The notes beneath the pieces were generated by a model that saw nothing but the letters and a program-made list of their open reading frames with translations, had not been told where the DNA came from and did no database searches. Source: Chiloscyllium plagiosum (taxonomy: Eukaryota). Taken from it: a stretch of DNA of 64,000 bases. Each line of letters begins with the position of its first letter. Position 1 is the stretch's first letter. Below are positions 53,923 through 64,000 of this stretch, piece by piece. The position numbers and the translations under genes were made by a program. The stretch is from the NCBI RefSeq assembly GCF_004010195.1, contig NC_057719.1, forward strand, positions 28,126,710-28,190,709, read 5' to 3'.

Positions 53923-54257
53923 TTGTGTAGTGAGAGTAGGATGGTGGATGAGTGGTGCCTGGTCAAGCTTTTAAGTGAAACAAATTATGGCATAAGAATA
54001 TAAGGAATTACAGCACAGATAGGTCATTTAGACTCTCGACACCCTTGTGAATCCAAAATCTGGCCAACTCATTTCATAGATTTGCAGTGATCTAGTGTCC
54101 ACTACTAACATGGGAAGAAAACTGCAAAAACAAAATGACCCTCTTCAAATTTCATGCATTCAACTTCATATTAATTGGGGTTTTTGAAACAGTGACCCTG
54201 ACATCTAGATTCCTCACGCACAGAAGCATTGTGTCAGCATTTAGCCTGTCAAGCCGC

Positions 54258-54960
54258 TTCCAATGGAGAACACGGCCCATCTACGTCAATGGAGCTGAGG
54301 TTGAAAGATTCAACAGCACCAAGTTCCTAGGACTGACAATAACCAACAATCTGTCCTGGACCTCCCACATGGACGCCACGGTCAAGAAGGCACACCAATG
54401 CCTCTTTTTCCTCAGGCAGCTTAAGAAATTCAGCATATTCATCAGGACCCTCACCAACCTTTACAGATGCACAACAGAAAGCATTCTATCAGAGTACATA
54501 ATGGCTTAGTCTGGCAACTGTTCTGCCTCGGACCATAAGAAACTACAGAAAGTTGTGTGCACAGCCCAGACCATCATGGAAGCCAACCTCCTATCCATGG
54601 ACTCCATTTGCATGTCTCATTGCTACGGAAAAGCTGCCAACATCATCAAAGACCACTGCAATCCTTGTAATGCTTTCTCCCAACTTCTTCCAATAGGCGG
54701 AAGAGACAGAAGCTTGAACACACGCACCAACAGGTTAAAGAACAGCTTCTTCCCTGCTGTCATCAGACTGCTGAACAGACCTCTCTAATTTCAAATAATG
54801 TTGATCTTGCTTTGGGTACTTCTTCTTCAGTCGTAACCTTGTATGCCTCGGTATAAGCACCCCATGATCATTATGTTGTTGTTTACTATGATCTGCCTGT
54901 ACTGCTTGCAAAACAAAATGTTTCACTGCACTTAGATACATGTGACAACAATAATAAAAA
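54258..54960 (+). mobile_element. Rex1/Babar-like LINE 3' fragment
   Basis: ORFs 54135..54509 (KFLGLTITNNLSW..VKKAHQCLFFLRQLKKF) and 54555..54788 (RTNRLKNSFFPAVIRLLN). Confidence 0.85.
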
Positions 54961-56902
54961 TTCTTATATTTCAATATAATCACCACTCATTTGTCATTAT
55001 ACATGTATTACATATATAGTGGTGCAGTGTAGTGTCTGCATCTCTGAGCCAGATGGTTCAAGTCCCACCCACTCCAGAGGCATGTCTGACAAGGTTGATT
55101 AGAAAATATCAACAGGCAAGGGTTTGTCTGAAGTTCTAGTAACATTAGGTGGCATTGTTCCCAATTTGGAACTCTGGTGTCTATCCAGGAGACTAACACA
55201 CCTTGAAGGAGGTCAATATTTCATTACAAGGCACAATTTTAAGGACAGTATTCCTTTGCATTCAAGAATTATCCCACGGAGCCCAGAACTATGTAAAATG
55301 TAAACACAAGTGGAAATATTCAGCAGCTCTGGCAACATCTGTGGTGAGAGAAAAACATAGTCAACTTTTGGAATCTCAGAAATTTTAAAAAAGTCATATT
55401 CAACTCAAAACATTATATTTTTCTTGACAGCCATACTGCTGGTCTCGACTCAGTTAGCTCACTTGGCTGGACAGTTTGTTTGCAATACAGAGTTATGCAG
55501 ACAATGCCCAAGTTGGTTTCCCAACCTCACCCTCAGCTGGGGCATGGTGACCCTCTACTTAACCCATCAGCAGTCTTTTCCAAAGAGACAGCAGGACTAT
55601 GGTGACTTCCCTGCTGTGTATTTTCATCACTTGTGTTTTTATTACAGATTTCCAGCAGTCACAGTATTTTGATTTTTTTGCAGGATTAGGGAGCACAAGA
55701 TGTTGATATTTCGAGAATCAACTATGAGCCAGCTAGGCTCAATGTGCTTGTTGATGGTTGCTGCTGGGTCTTTCCAGAATCAGGGACCTTCCAAAGAAGT
55801 AATGGAGCAGAACGACCAACTAATAAAAAAAACATTCTGGACATTACACAAATAAAACAGCTGACCAAAATGCCTGTGAAAATCTCATGTCCCTCTGTAA
55901 CCTGCTTTACCAACTGAGATCAGCAAAATTCCTTCAGAACTTCAACAAATGTTTTGACAGCTAAAGGAAGTGGCTACAAGTCTGCTCTTTTAGGAAGGAA
56001 ATTCCAGTCTATAACAGAGATAGAAAGGTTGAGGTGTCATGTGTATTACTAGCCGGAGTCCTTAAAGGTAAAATCTCTTCAAGGCAAAGATATAAATTCA
56101 ACATAAATCTGGATGGTGGCTGTGTGAATATAACTGTCGTCAATGGGGAGCTATTTGACATCCTTTGTCTGGTGTTAATTGACCAATAATACCCCCAAAT
56201 AAGTCCAGTGGCTGGATTTTTTTAAGGATTAGGAAATCATTATTGTTGAAGAATTCTAGTTAAACATGGCAAAAATCACAAAGGCTATCATGAGGAACAC
56301 TTCTACTTGAGAATTTTCCAGCCAGCATTGCTAGAAAAGATTTCTCTCAGAGATCAAACGATTCTCATGGCTTGGTCTCTATTTCCTGTATTAAAATAGA
56401 AGGAGGACTAGATAGTGTGCATTACTTTTCAGTACAGATCAAGGACTACCCTCTTCAAACCATTGTTTTAGACCATAGAGACTCTGTAATATGAAAGAGG
56501 CCATTTGGCCCATTATGCCTATGCCTGCTGTTTGTTGGAGCAATCCCTCTATTTTGTTCTCTGCACAATCCTGTGTCCTCCTTCGTTTCAAGCAGCTACT
56601 AATTTTTCCCTTTAAAATAATGCAACAGTCTCATCACTCCTTATTTGGGATGGTACAACATTCCATATTCCAAAGGTATGCTGCAAAATTTCTAACACAT
56701 TTCCTCATTCTCTATAACACTTTTAAGTTGATGACTTCTCATCACTAACCCTTCCCCAAGTACTGTACCGCCAAATCAGGTATCTTTCCTGTTTACCTCT
56801 GCCAAAAGTATTTAACCTCTAATTTTCCTGTTCCAGTGCAAGTATTCTCAGTATCCTAACTGAACTTTGCCATCCCTGGGGTAGTCCTCGTGTGATCTCT
56901 TT

Positions 56903-57112
56903 GGAGAAAGTGAGGACTGCAGATGCTGGCGATCAGAGTCGAGAGTGTAGTGCTGGAAAAGCACAGCAGGTCAGGCAACATCCGAGGTGCAGGCGAATTG
57001 ACCCTTCAGGCATAAGCCCATCAGGATTCCTGATGAAGGGCTTATGCTCAAAGCGTCGATTTTCCTGCTCCTCGGATGCTGCCTGACCTGCTGTGCTTTT
57101 CCAGCACTACAC
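56903..57112. mobile_element. Palindromic family A element, decayed cores
   Basis: GGAGAAAGTGAGGACTGCAGATGCTGG start, inverted arms around catcaggattcctgatg, cgtgtgat repeated in both flanks. Confidence 0.85.
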
Positions 57113-57199
57113 CCACGTGTGATTCATATGCGTTTTCTAAGTTGAGATACTCAACAAAGCATACAGTATGTTAACTGTAACCAAAATAATGTACAATTA

Positions 57200-57735
57200 C
57201 CTCTTTGCTAGCTCTAGATGTAACTATTCAATATGCTCTTCACTAGTCTCCCATCACTCTCCACAAATTCAAGGTTCTGGTGCCCATTGACTTAAGCTGC
57301 AACAAGTCCAGTTAACCTTTTTCATTGTGCTGGGTAACCTATAATGGCTCCTGGTTGAGCATAGCTTGGTTTTAACAGTTATTTCTATGTTTATAAGTCC
57401 CTCCACGGTCTCAACTCTTCCTCTGTAATCTCCTTCAACCTCATGACCTTCCAGAGATTTATACGCTGCTATCATTCTGCCCCCTGGAATATTGCTGATT
57501 TTTATTGGGTGTGCATCAGCTGCTGGGTCAAACGCTTGGATTTCTCTCCCATACATCTGTGTCTCAAGCGGATGTTCTTCCTTTAAGCATTTCTTAAAAC
57601 TAACCTCTCTGTCTAAACTTTTCATCATACCGACCTACTATCCTCTTATAGGGTTCAGTGTCGTACACTGATTCACATTGTTTCTGTGATGTGCCTTGGC
57701 ATTTTTAATTATGGTAAACATGCTACAAAAATATA
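57200..57735 (+). mobile_element. Decayed L2-like LINE 3' fragment
   Basis: Pyrimidine-rich remnant with L2-like motifs, similar to 30900-31510. Confidence 0.45.
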
Positions 57736-58369
57736 TGTTGACAGTGATTCCTCTTATATTGAACATATCAATATGTTGTGGATGTTATCAATAAAAACAG
57801 TAGGCTTTGATGAAAGTTGTGCAGGAGCTTTGAAGTTTTTTTTAGAAAACACACACAGACAAACTAACACACACCACACCCCCGACGACCCCCTCCATCC
57901 CTCATTTTGACTCTAAATTCCCAAAAATATGATTTACTTATTCCACATGATACTTTTCCAGCCAAACGAACAATGAGGACTTTAAGATTTTATTGTATTA
58001 GCTCAACTAGTGGGATTTGACGTATTTCTTTAAAATTGATCTTGTAATTGCTTACAGAACTAACAAACTCAGGGCTACAATATTTCTAGATGGTACTGAT
58101 TTACTGAATTATTTACTAAATTTAAAAAAACACTTCTTTAAAAATGACAAATTAAATGGCTTCCAACTCAAAGCTATAAAACTTGCTGCAAATATTCTGC
58201 ACTAGCTGCCATTTTGTTTCAAAACAGGGCATATGGATTTCCACTGGCTTTTATTAATAGCACAAAATGAAAACCAAATGGCGAGGAATAGTTTGTTAAT
58301 TGGCTCGATCAGCAAATATAGTAGTGGTCTCAAACATCAGCATTGTTTTAGCAACAGGTTGGGTCTTAC

Positions 58370-58433
58370 CTTCAGAAGTCATCTCTTTCATATCTATCAG
58401 GATATAAAGCTTACCCTCTGGCTCCAAATCGAC
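58370..58433 (-). CDS. PRKCH: Novel PKC (eta-like) coding exon 2, end of C2 domain: VDLEPEGKLYILIDMKEMTSE(D)
   Basis: Manual translation matches the PKC eta/epsilon motif VDLEPEGK/R. Acceptor ttgttag|GTC, donor GAAG|gtaaga, 64 nt. The phase-1 end joins the exon at 12341 (G+AT=Asp). Not in the ORF track. Gene symbol is the best match, not proven orthology. Confidence 0.9.
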
Positions 58434-58766
58434 CTAACAAAAGAGCATGAGGAGAGATTAAAATATAAACTAATACAAGTAATATGTCATACACTCATAT
58501 GTAAAGAAACATAATGAAGCCTAACCAAGATGAATTCTCATACCAAAGCCTTAAATTGATGCATCCATAGAAGTTTTATGACACAGAAGATTGCCATTCT
58601 GAGCAACCTAAATCTAAACCCAGTGTCTATTTTCTCTATACTAGCACATTTCTTTTGATGTTAATGTTTACTTTTGTTTCTCTATATTATTAGAATTACA
58701 AAGGTTTATAAATGGCTAAGTACTAGAATTGTACCTTTTGACTTATACAAATACTACATTTTTGAT

Positions 58767-58985
58767 GTTAAAAATCACACAACACCAGGTTATAGTCCAA
58801 CAGGTTTAATTGGAAGCACACTAGCTTTCGGAGCGACGCTCCTTCATCAGGTGATTGTGGAGGGCTCGATAGTAACACAGAATTTATAGCAAAAATTTGC
58901 AGTGTGATGTAACTGAAATTATACATTGAAGAATTGATTGTCTGTTAAGCCTTTCATCTGTTAGAATACAGTGATAGTTTCACTT
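58767..58985 (-). mobile_element. Single-arm family B element with 9-bp TSD and extra 5' sequence
   Basis: TSD atttttgat at 58758-58766 and 58986-58994. Near-identical to the arms at 40760-40950. Confidence 0.87.
58819..58853 (-). ncRNA. Minimal type I hammerhead ribozyme motif, sense to the PKC pre-mRNA
   Basis: Minus strand CAC-CUGAUGA-a-GGAGC-guc-GCUCC-GAAA-GC-UA-GUG, identical to 40862-40896. Confidence 0.78.
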
Positions 58986-59145
58986 ATTTTTGATCCGTTA
59001 CATTAAATTTAGGGTAGATTAAGATGTCATGTGATCCATGCTGGATTCTGCCTGAATGCAATGGTTTATTGTTTAGAAGATTTAAGCAAGGATCATATTA
59101 GTTTATTGAATGAGTGGCACAAGGTGCTGTACTTTGCTTGGGGAC

Positions 59146-59385
59146 TGTAGTCATTGGAAGGTAGTCAGCCAGGTGGCTGTCTCAGAATACGAGTCAGCTA
59201 ACTCAGAATACAAGATTCACAGCCCCAATCAGGGAATCCTGGCTGATAGATATAAACATAAGTGTCAGAGGTTCTACTCACTCTAGAAACCAGCTCTGAG
59301 CTAGCTGGGTCAGTGTCATATATTGAGTATATGTAAATAAACGGTGACTTGATAATAGGATACCGGCCTTCATGGAGTTATTTCA
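59146..59385 (+). mobile_element. Solo LTR with perfect 5-bp TSD
   Basis: GGGAC|TGTAGT...ATTTCA|GGGAC. Reverse-complement homolog of the LTR at 6114-6346. AATAAA near 59336. Confidence 0.88.
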
Positions 59386-59555
59386 GGGACAATGACAGCA
59401 GTGTCTCAGTCCACAACTGATTAAGCCGTCCAATGTTCTAGAAGGATGTCATAGTTATTATTTTGTAAAACATTAGACAGTAAACTTTACTTAAGAAGAA
59501 AGGAAGTTGGGATCAAGGATAACTACTCGACATTTCTAATTTCTAATGTTTATAT

Positions 59556-59664
59556 CCCGAAATGTCGATTCTCCTGCTCCTTGGATGCTGCCTGACCTGC
59601 TGCGCTTTTCCAGCAACACATTTTTCAGCTCTGATCTCCAGCATCTGCAGTCCTCACTTTCTCC
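59556..59664 (+). mobile_element. 5'-truncated family A element
   Basis: Starts inside the core (cccgaaatgtc) and ends ctcactttctcc. catttctaatt is duplicated at 59531-59541 and 59665-59675, with a short filler. Confidence 0.85.
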
Positions 59665-60249
59665 CATTTCTAATTAAATGCAAAACTAATATTCTTCCAG
59701 TTTCCTAGGAGATGAATGTAGGAAATTTGTCAGACATTCAAATCCTTTTATTATCTACATTGTTTTTAAAAGTTTCTATGCTTTATGTTTTCCTCTTGAA
59801 AGCTGAAGAACCCAGTTAGGGATTCCTGGTTCCTCACAGAGAAACTATTAAACAACAGCAAAGGAATTTCAGTTGAAAGGTTATGCTTGTCTTTTGGTTT
59901 CCTCCCTTGTTTCTCTGTTCCCCAGAAAATAGAGGCATTTATTTAATAAGAATAATGCGTATAATCAATGGCCATGAGTACTGCTCAGGGGAATCACATA
60001 ATTAGTGGTTCAGGTAATGCCAGAAAGCATAGCTTTATGGCTGGAACAGGTTACATTGTAATTAGAATCTAAGCATTAGGAAATTGTCAACGGCTTGTCA
60101 TTTTAACTTGTTTTAATTAACTATTTCATTTTTGAAAGGACTGAAGGTTCTTTGATTATAAGAGAATCAGATGGACTGCTCGGGTAGCTGTGAGTCTAGA
60201 TGCTACTCAGCTGAATAGCTAAGGCAGATAGAAGGTGACTAATTGTGTG

Positions 60250-60435
60250 CGTGAGGGGGAGAGGGGGTGAGAAAGAGGAAGGGAGGGTATGAGTGTGAGA
60301 AGAAGAGAGGGAGGGAGTGTGAGTGAGAGAGAGGGAGGGAGGGANNNNNNNNNNNNNNNNNNNNNNNNNNNAGGGAGCAAATGTGAGTATGAGAGAGAGA
60401 GAGAGAGAGACAAAGAAAGAAAAAGAAAGGAGGAA
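60250..60435. repeat. GA-rich low-complexity/microsatellite region with a 27-N gap (60345-60371)
   Basis: Directly visible. Confidence 0.92.
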
Positions 60436-60959
60436 ATGAAAAACAATAATTTTAGAATAACATACTGAAACTAAGGACTGACATGTAGCACAGTGAGATA
60501 GGTGGAGTCTGACACTGTCAAGGTTGACTCAGCAATCAGATGTACAGTGACATCATTGTGTTGCCTATTTAGGATTAATGACACACAGTTCAACTTTTCA
60601 CAGAATAAACACACATCCCTGGAGAATTTGATTCAGCTGCAATGAAGCCATTGCAGCAGGTTGTTTAGTGTCATAATAACCAGCTGAATAAAATAAATGC
60701 CCCATTTACACTAACTTGCCATGATGAGTTCAAGGGAGTCCCACTTCATCCAGATGGAACTCTAATGTCATTTGTATTTGTTTCAGGTAAACAGACTGAC
60801 AGGTTTTGTAAAATATTATACTTAAAGTGACTAATCCGACAAATCACTGCTCAGGGTCCCCACTATCCAAACATTGGGATCCAATGGGACCACAGAGTCC
60901 TCTTGGGTTCTTGTGCTGTTGTTTGTAATACATCCTTGCAAAGACTTTGATCGTAAGGC

Positions 60960-61560
60960 GAATAGGATGCAAGTCAGCCATTCAGCCCATTGACTCTGCT
61001 CTAGCATTAAATGGCTGATTCGATAATACTAGACTCTACATTAATTTTTCCTCCCCATAGTCCTTAATACCCTTCTACTTAAAAATGTAAATCCACCTTG
61101 GATATATTCCAAGATTCAAAGCTCAACACCCCTCTGCAGTGAAGACATCACAGATTCACCACCCTCAGGGAAGAAGTTCCTCCTCACCTCTGTTTTAAGT
61201 GAGTGAACCCTTACTTAGTGATTATGCCTTCTGGTCCTCAACTGTCCCACAAGGGGAAATAACCTCCCTACATTGACCATTGAATCTTACAAGTTCCAAT
61301 AAAATTGTCTCGTTCTTCTAAATTCCAGTCAGTACACACCCAATCTACTCAGCCTCTCGTAATATCACATTCCTTTCATGCCCAAGATCAGCCTAAAGAA
61401 CCTTTAAGACTGCCGCCAATACCTGAACATCTTTCCTTAGAAAAGGGGACCAAAACTGTTCACAGTATTTCAGATGTGGTCTACATTGCCTTAGCAAGGC
61501 TTCTCTGCATTTATACTCAATTCCCATTGAATCGAAAGTCAACATTCTAATAGCCTTCTC
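60960..61560 (-). mobile_element. Decayed CR1 3' fragment (second subfamily)
   Basis: Antisense of the tail gccattcagccc, plus an EILXTVLVPF-like coding remnant. Confidence 0.65.
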
Positions 61561-62454
61561 TGATCGGGTTATCTGATCAAGGAGGAAGTGCAGGATGAGG
61601 AGGAAGCAGTACAGCTTTGGAAGAAGTGCAATGTGGTTTGATTTGATAATAGTTTAGAATCTTCTAAGTTCATACATCCTATTTTTGAGAAGGTTAAGGG
61701 ATGACTTGATTAAAGTTTTAAGATTTTAAGCTGCAAAGATTGAGCTGATAGAAAAAAAGAACATCAGCAGTTAGAGTACTAGAAGGGTTATAGTTTAAGA
61801 AATAGGGATGGACCCTTTCAAAAGTGAAATGAAGAAGTACTTCCACCCAAAAAGCCTTCGGTTTGGCAGTGGGTCTATGACAAGGTGGAAAGTTTGAGGC
61901 AAGCCTGCCTTCTTTTGCCAGAGTAACCCCACAGCCATTTAACAGTCATTAGGTCATTAACTGGCTCATTGTGAGGTCAACACCCCATCTGACACAATCA
62001 AATGCCTGGCTGCCCTCCTGTCTAAATAGGGCCAGTAGGAGTAGTGGCCATTGCAAGGACTGCAGGAAATCTGCTAAGAGGTAATACATTGCCAGATCAG
62101 GAAGGAAATCTCGGATCAGGTTGGCAGGCCTCAGTACAACAGAATGGGTGACCAGGAGCTGCAGGTTAGAGGAGAAGGGAACACAAAGGATGGCAGAGAA
62201 TTACTTCTAATAGGCACAGGGTGTCCACACAGGAGGGATCCCCTCCTCAGCTTGCAAAAAGCCACCATAATGATCCCACAACTGGATAGAATGCCACATA
62301 ACCAGCCTCAATTGGCCCAAGGCGGGAAGCCTCCTGATGCCCAGTTGATGGTTGAATTCCAGGTGAGACAAGTAAACAATATGTACTTTGCCACTGTTGC
62401 TGTCATTGTATCTGATTTCACTGTATCCAACAATGGTAATTGTGGGTGGAGAAA

Positions 62455-62467
62455 TAGAGTGAAAGAG

Positions 62468-62513
<46 letters not shown>
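62455..62513. repeat. (GA)n microsatellite
   Basis: Directly visible. Confidence 0.95.
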
Positions 62514-64000
62514 TGTACTAAGGGAGTGGGGAGAAAATGTACATAAATTTCCACCAAGGGAAGAATTCTACAAGTTTGCAATACTTCACAAAAAGCTAGT
62601 GACTCTGGGTCAGTTGCTAATTTTATATCTGAGATTGACAGATTACGGTAAACCAAAGACATTTTAGGATATGGGACAACGGTGAACATGTGGAGTAAAC
62701 TTGCAGATCAACCATGATCATATTAAATGGTTGAATAAGCTAAATAACATTTTACTGTTCCTATGTTTCTTAAGAACTAAAATAAATGAAGCCAACTTGT
62801 TCAAAGGATTTTACCAAGTAATGTTCAGTTAAATACAGGAACTGTTTTCTGCATCCCTCATTCCGGTACTTTTATTGAACAATGAGATAATGATATTCCG
62901 GCTAATAATATAGGAATATTTTTACATGACAATCATTATACATTAAATCCGTGTTCTCTCTGATATTGGCTCAGGTCCAGCAATGATACAGCTGAGTTAT
63001 ACACGTGTACATTTTGGTATTTTTAATGGTCAGTTAATTCACAGTTAATAAAAGAATGAAGTAATTTTGCAATATTTTTCTTAGTAATTTCTCAGATTTG
63101 CTGGATGCACTGCAGCTTGTGTTTTGGTTATAATCTAACAGGTAATTTGATAGAATCAAATACAAAACGGCACTGCAACTTATTCCTATTTTAGTTTCAA
63201 TCTTATGATTTTCACCAGTTTTCTGTGGAAGAAATAAAACTTAAATGTTAGCTCATTAGGGTTATGTAGAAGGATGGCATCTTCAAATGAGGATTAAAAC
63301 AAAAATCCACACACTTCCAAATTGAAGTCTGACTTCTAGACAACTTCATGAGAAATCATCAGCAGTGAACTGGCCAATTCAAAACCAGCTTGCAGCAGGT
63401 ATTGTTCTCAAAATTGAATCAGTGAAATACTTAAATATTTTCATTAAAGCCATGATTTCAATGAGAACCAGGGAAAGAAACAATTGAAAAATGTTAGTCC
63501 ATTAGTCATAAGCCTGGAGTTACGTGTGATAACTGAAAAAAAATGCTACTGATGACTATCTTTTAAACGATTAGAAGAAACGGCTGACCATTAGATGAAG
63601 TTTGAGCACATTTTGTGTGCTTTAACCAAGTGTTAGTCTCAAGTGAATTGTTGTCTACCCGTTGCATACAATCCTATCGAATGTGGTTTTTGTTTCATTT
63701 CTGCTCAACATCCTTTATTTGTGGTGTGGTTTTTATTTACTGCTCTCGGCATACTTTATTTTTGAGATCAGAAGTTGAAACAAATAAAGCTGAAATTTTG
63801 GAAACCGTAGCTCCACTCCTGTAGAATGTCATTATTCAGCAAGCAATATTGAAATTCATTCGACATACATGTCAGCAAAAGGAATGCTTCAGTTCACCAA
63901 GTTTACAAGAGGGACATACACAACCTAATATAAGGAGTAGACCTGAAGATCTGCATTAAATAAAGTTAATTAACAGGCTTCAGTAATAGTGTTAGAGCCT

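Noticed and set aside
62144..62689. Overlapping 125-aa and 160-aa ORFs
   Set aside because: Held open by the GA microsatellite and repeat remnants, with no recognisable domain.
63548..63592. CTGATGA...GAAAC...CTGA as a hammerhead or C/D snoRNA
   Set aside because: Stem II is imperfect with extra bases before GAAA, there is no stem I or III, and it is too short for a C/D snoRNA.
58434..64000. PKC exon 1 (C2 domain) and promoter
   Set aside because: No C2-like reading frame or CpG island found, so it presumably lies beyond 64000.

Overview
Vertebrate genomic DNA, very probably shark or other elasmobranch (inferred from HE1-type V-SINEs and HER1/CR1-type LINEs). The only host gene is a novel-class protein kinase C (eta-like, with some epsilon-like traits) on the minus strand. 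Seven coding exons can be rebuilt with GT-AG boundaries and consistent phase: 58370-58433, 12167-12341, 10467-10501, 9645-9727, 3832-3961, 1978-2117 and 1-140. They encode the end of C2, the pseudosubstrate, C1A, C1B, the hinge and the kinase Gly-rich loop. Exon 1 and the rest of the kinase domain lie outside the window. Everything else is intron, including a 46 kb intron 2, filled with CR1, RTE, Rex1-like and L2-like LINE fragments, tRNA-derived SINEs, Gypsy-like LTR elements, TA-flanked MITEs and Penelope-like elements. Two observations stand out. (1) About a dozen short non-coding insertions from three families carry minimal hammerhead-ribozyme cores (CUGAnGA-stem II-GAAA-palindromic mini stem III-UH). 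Several are head-to-head palindromes with 9-16 bp target-site duplications, including a perfect 94-bp-arm palindrome. (2) The C1B domain has Tyr at position 22, the conventional-PKC low-DAG-affinity residue, where novel PKCs have Trp. Nearly all ORFs in the supplied track are spurious or transposon debris. Repeat boundaries are approximate unless a TSD or TIR is quoted.
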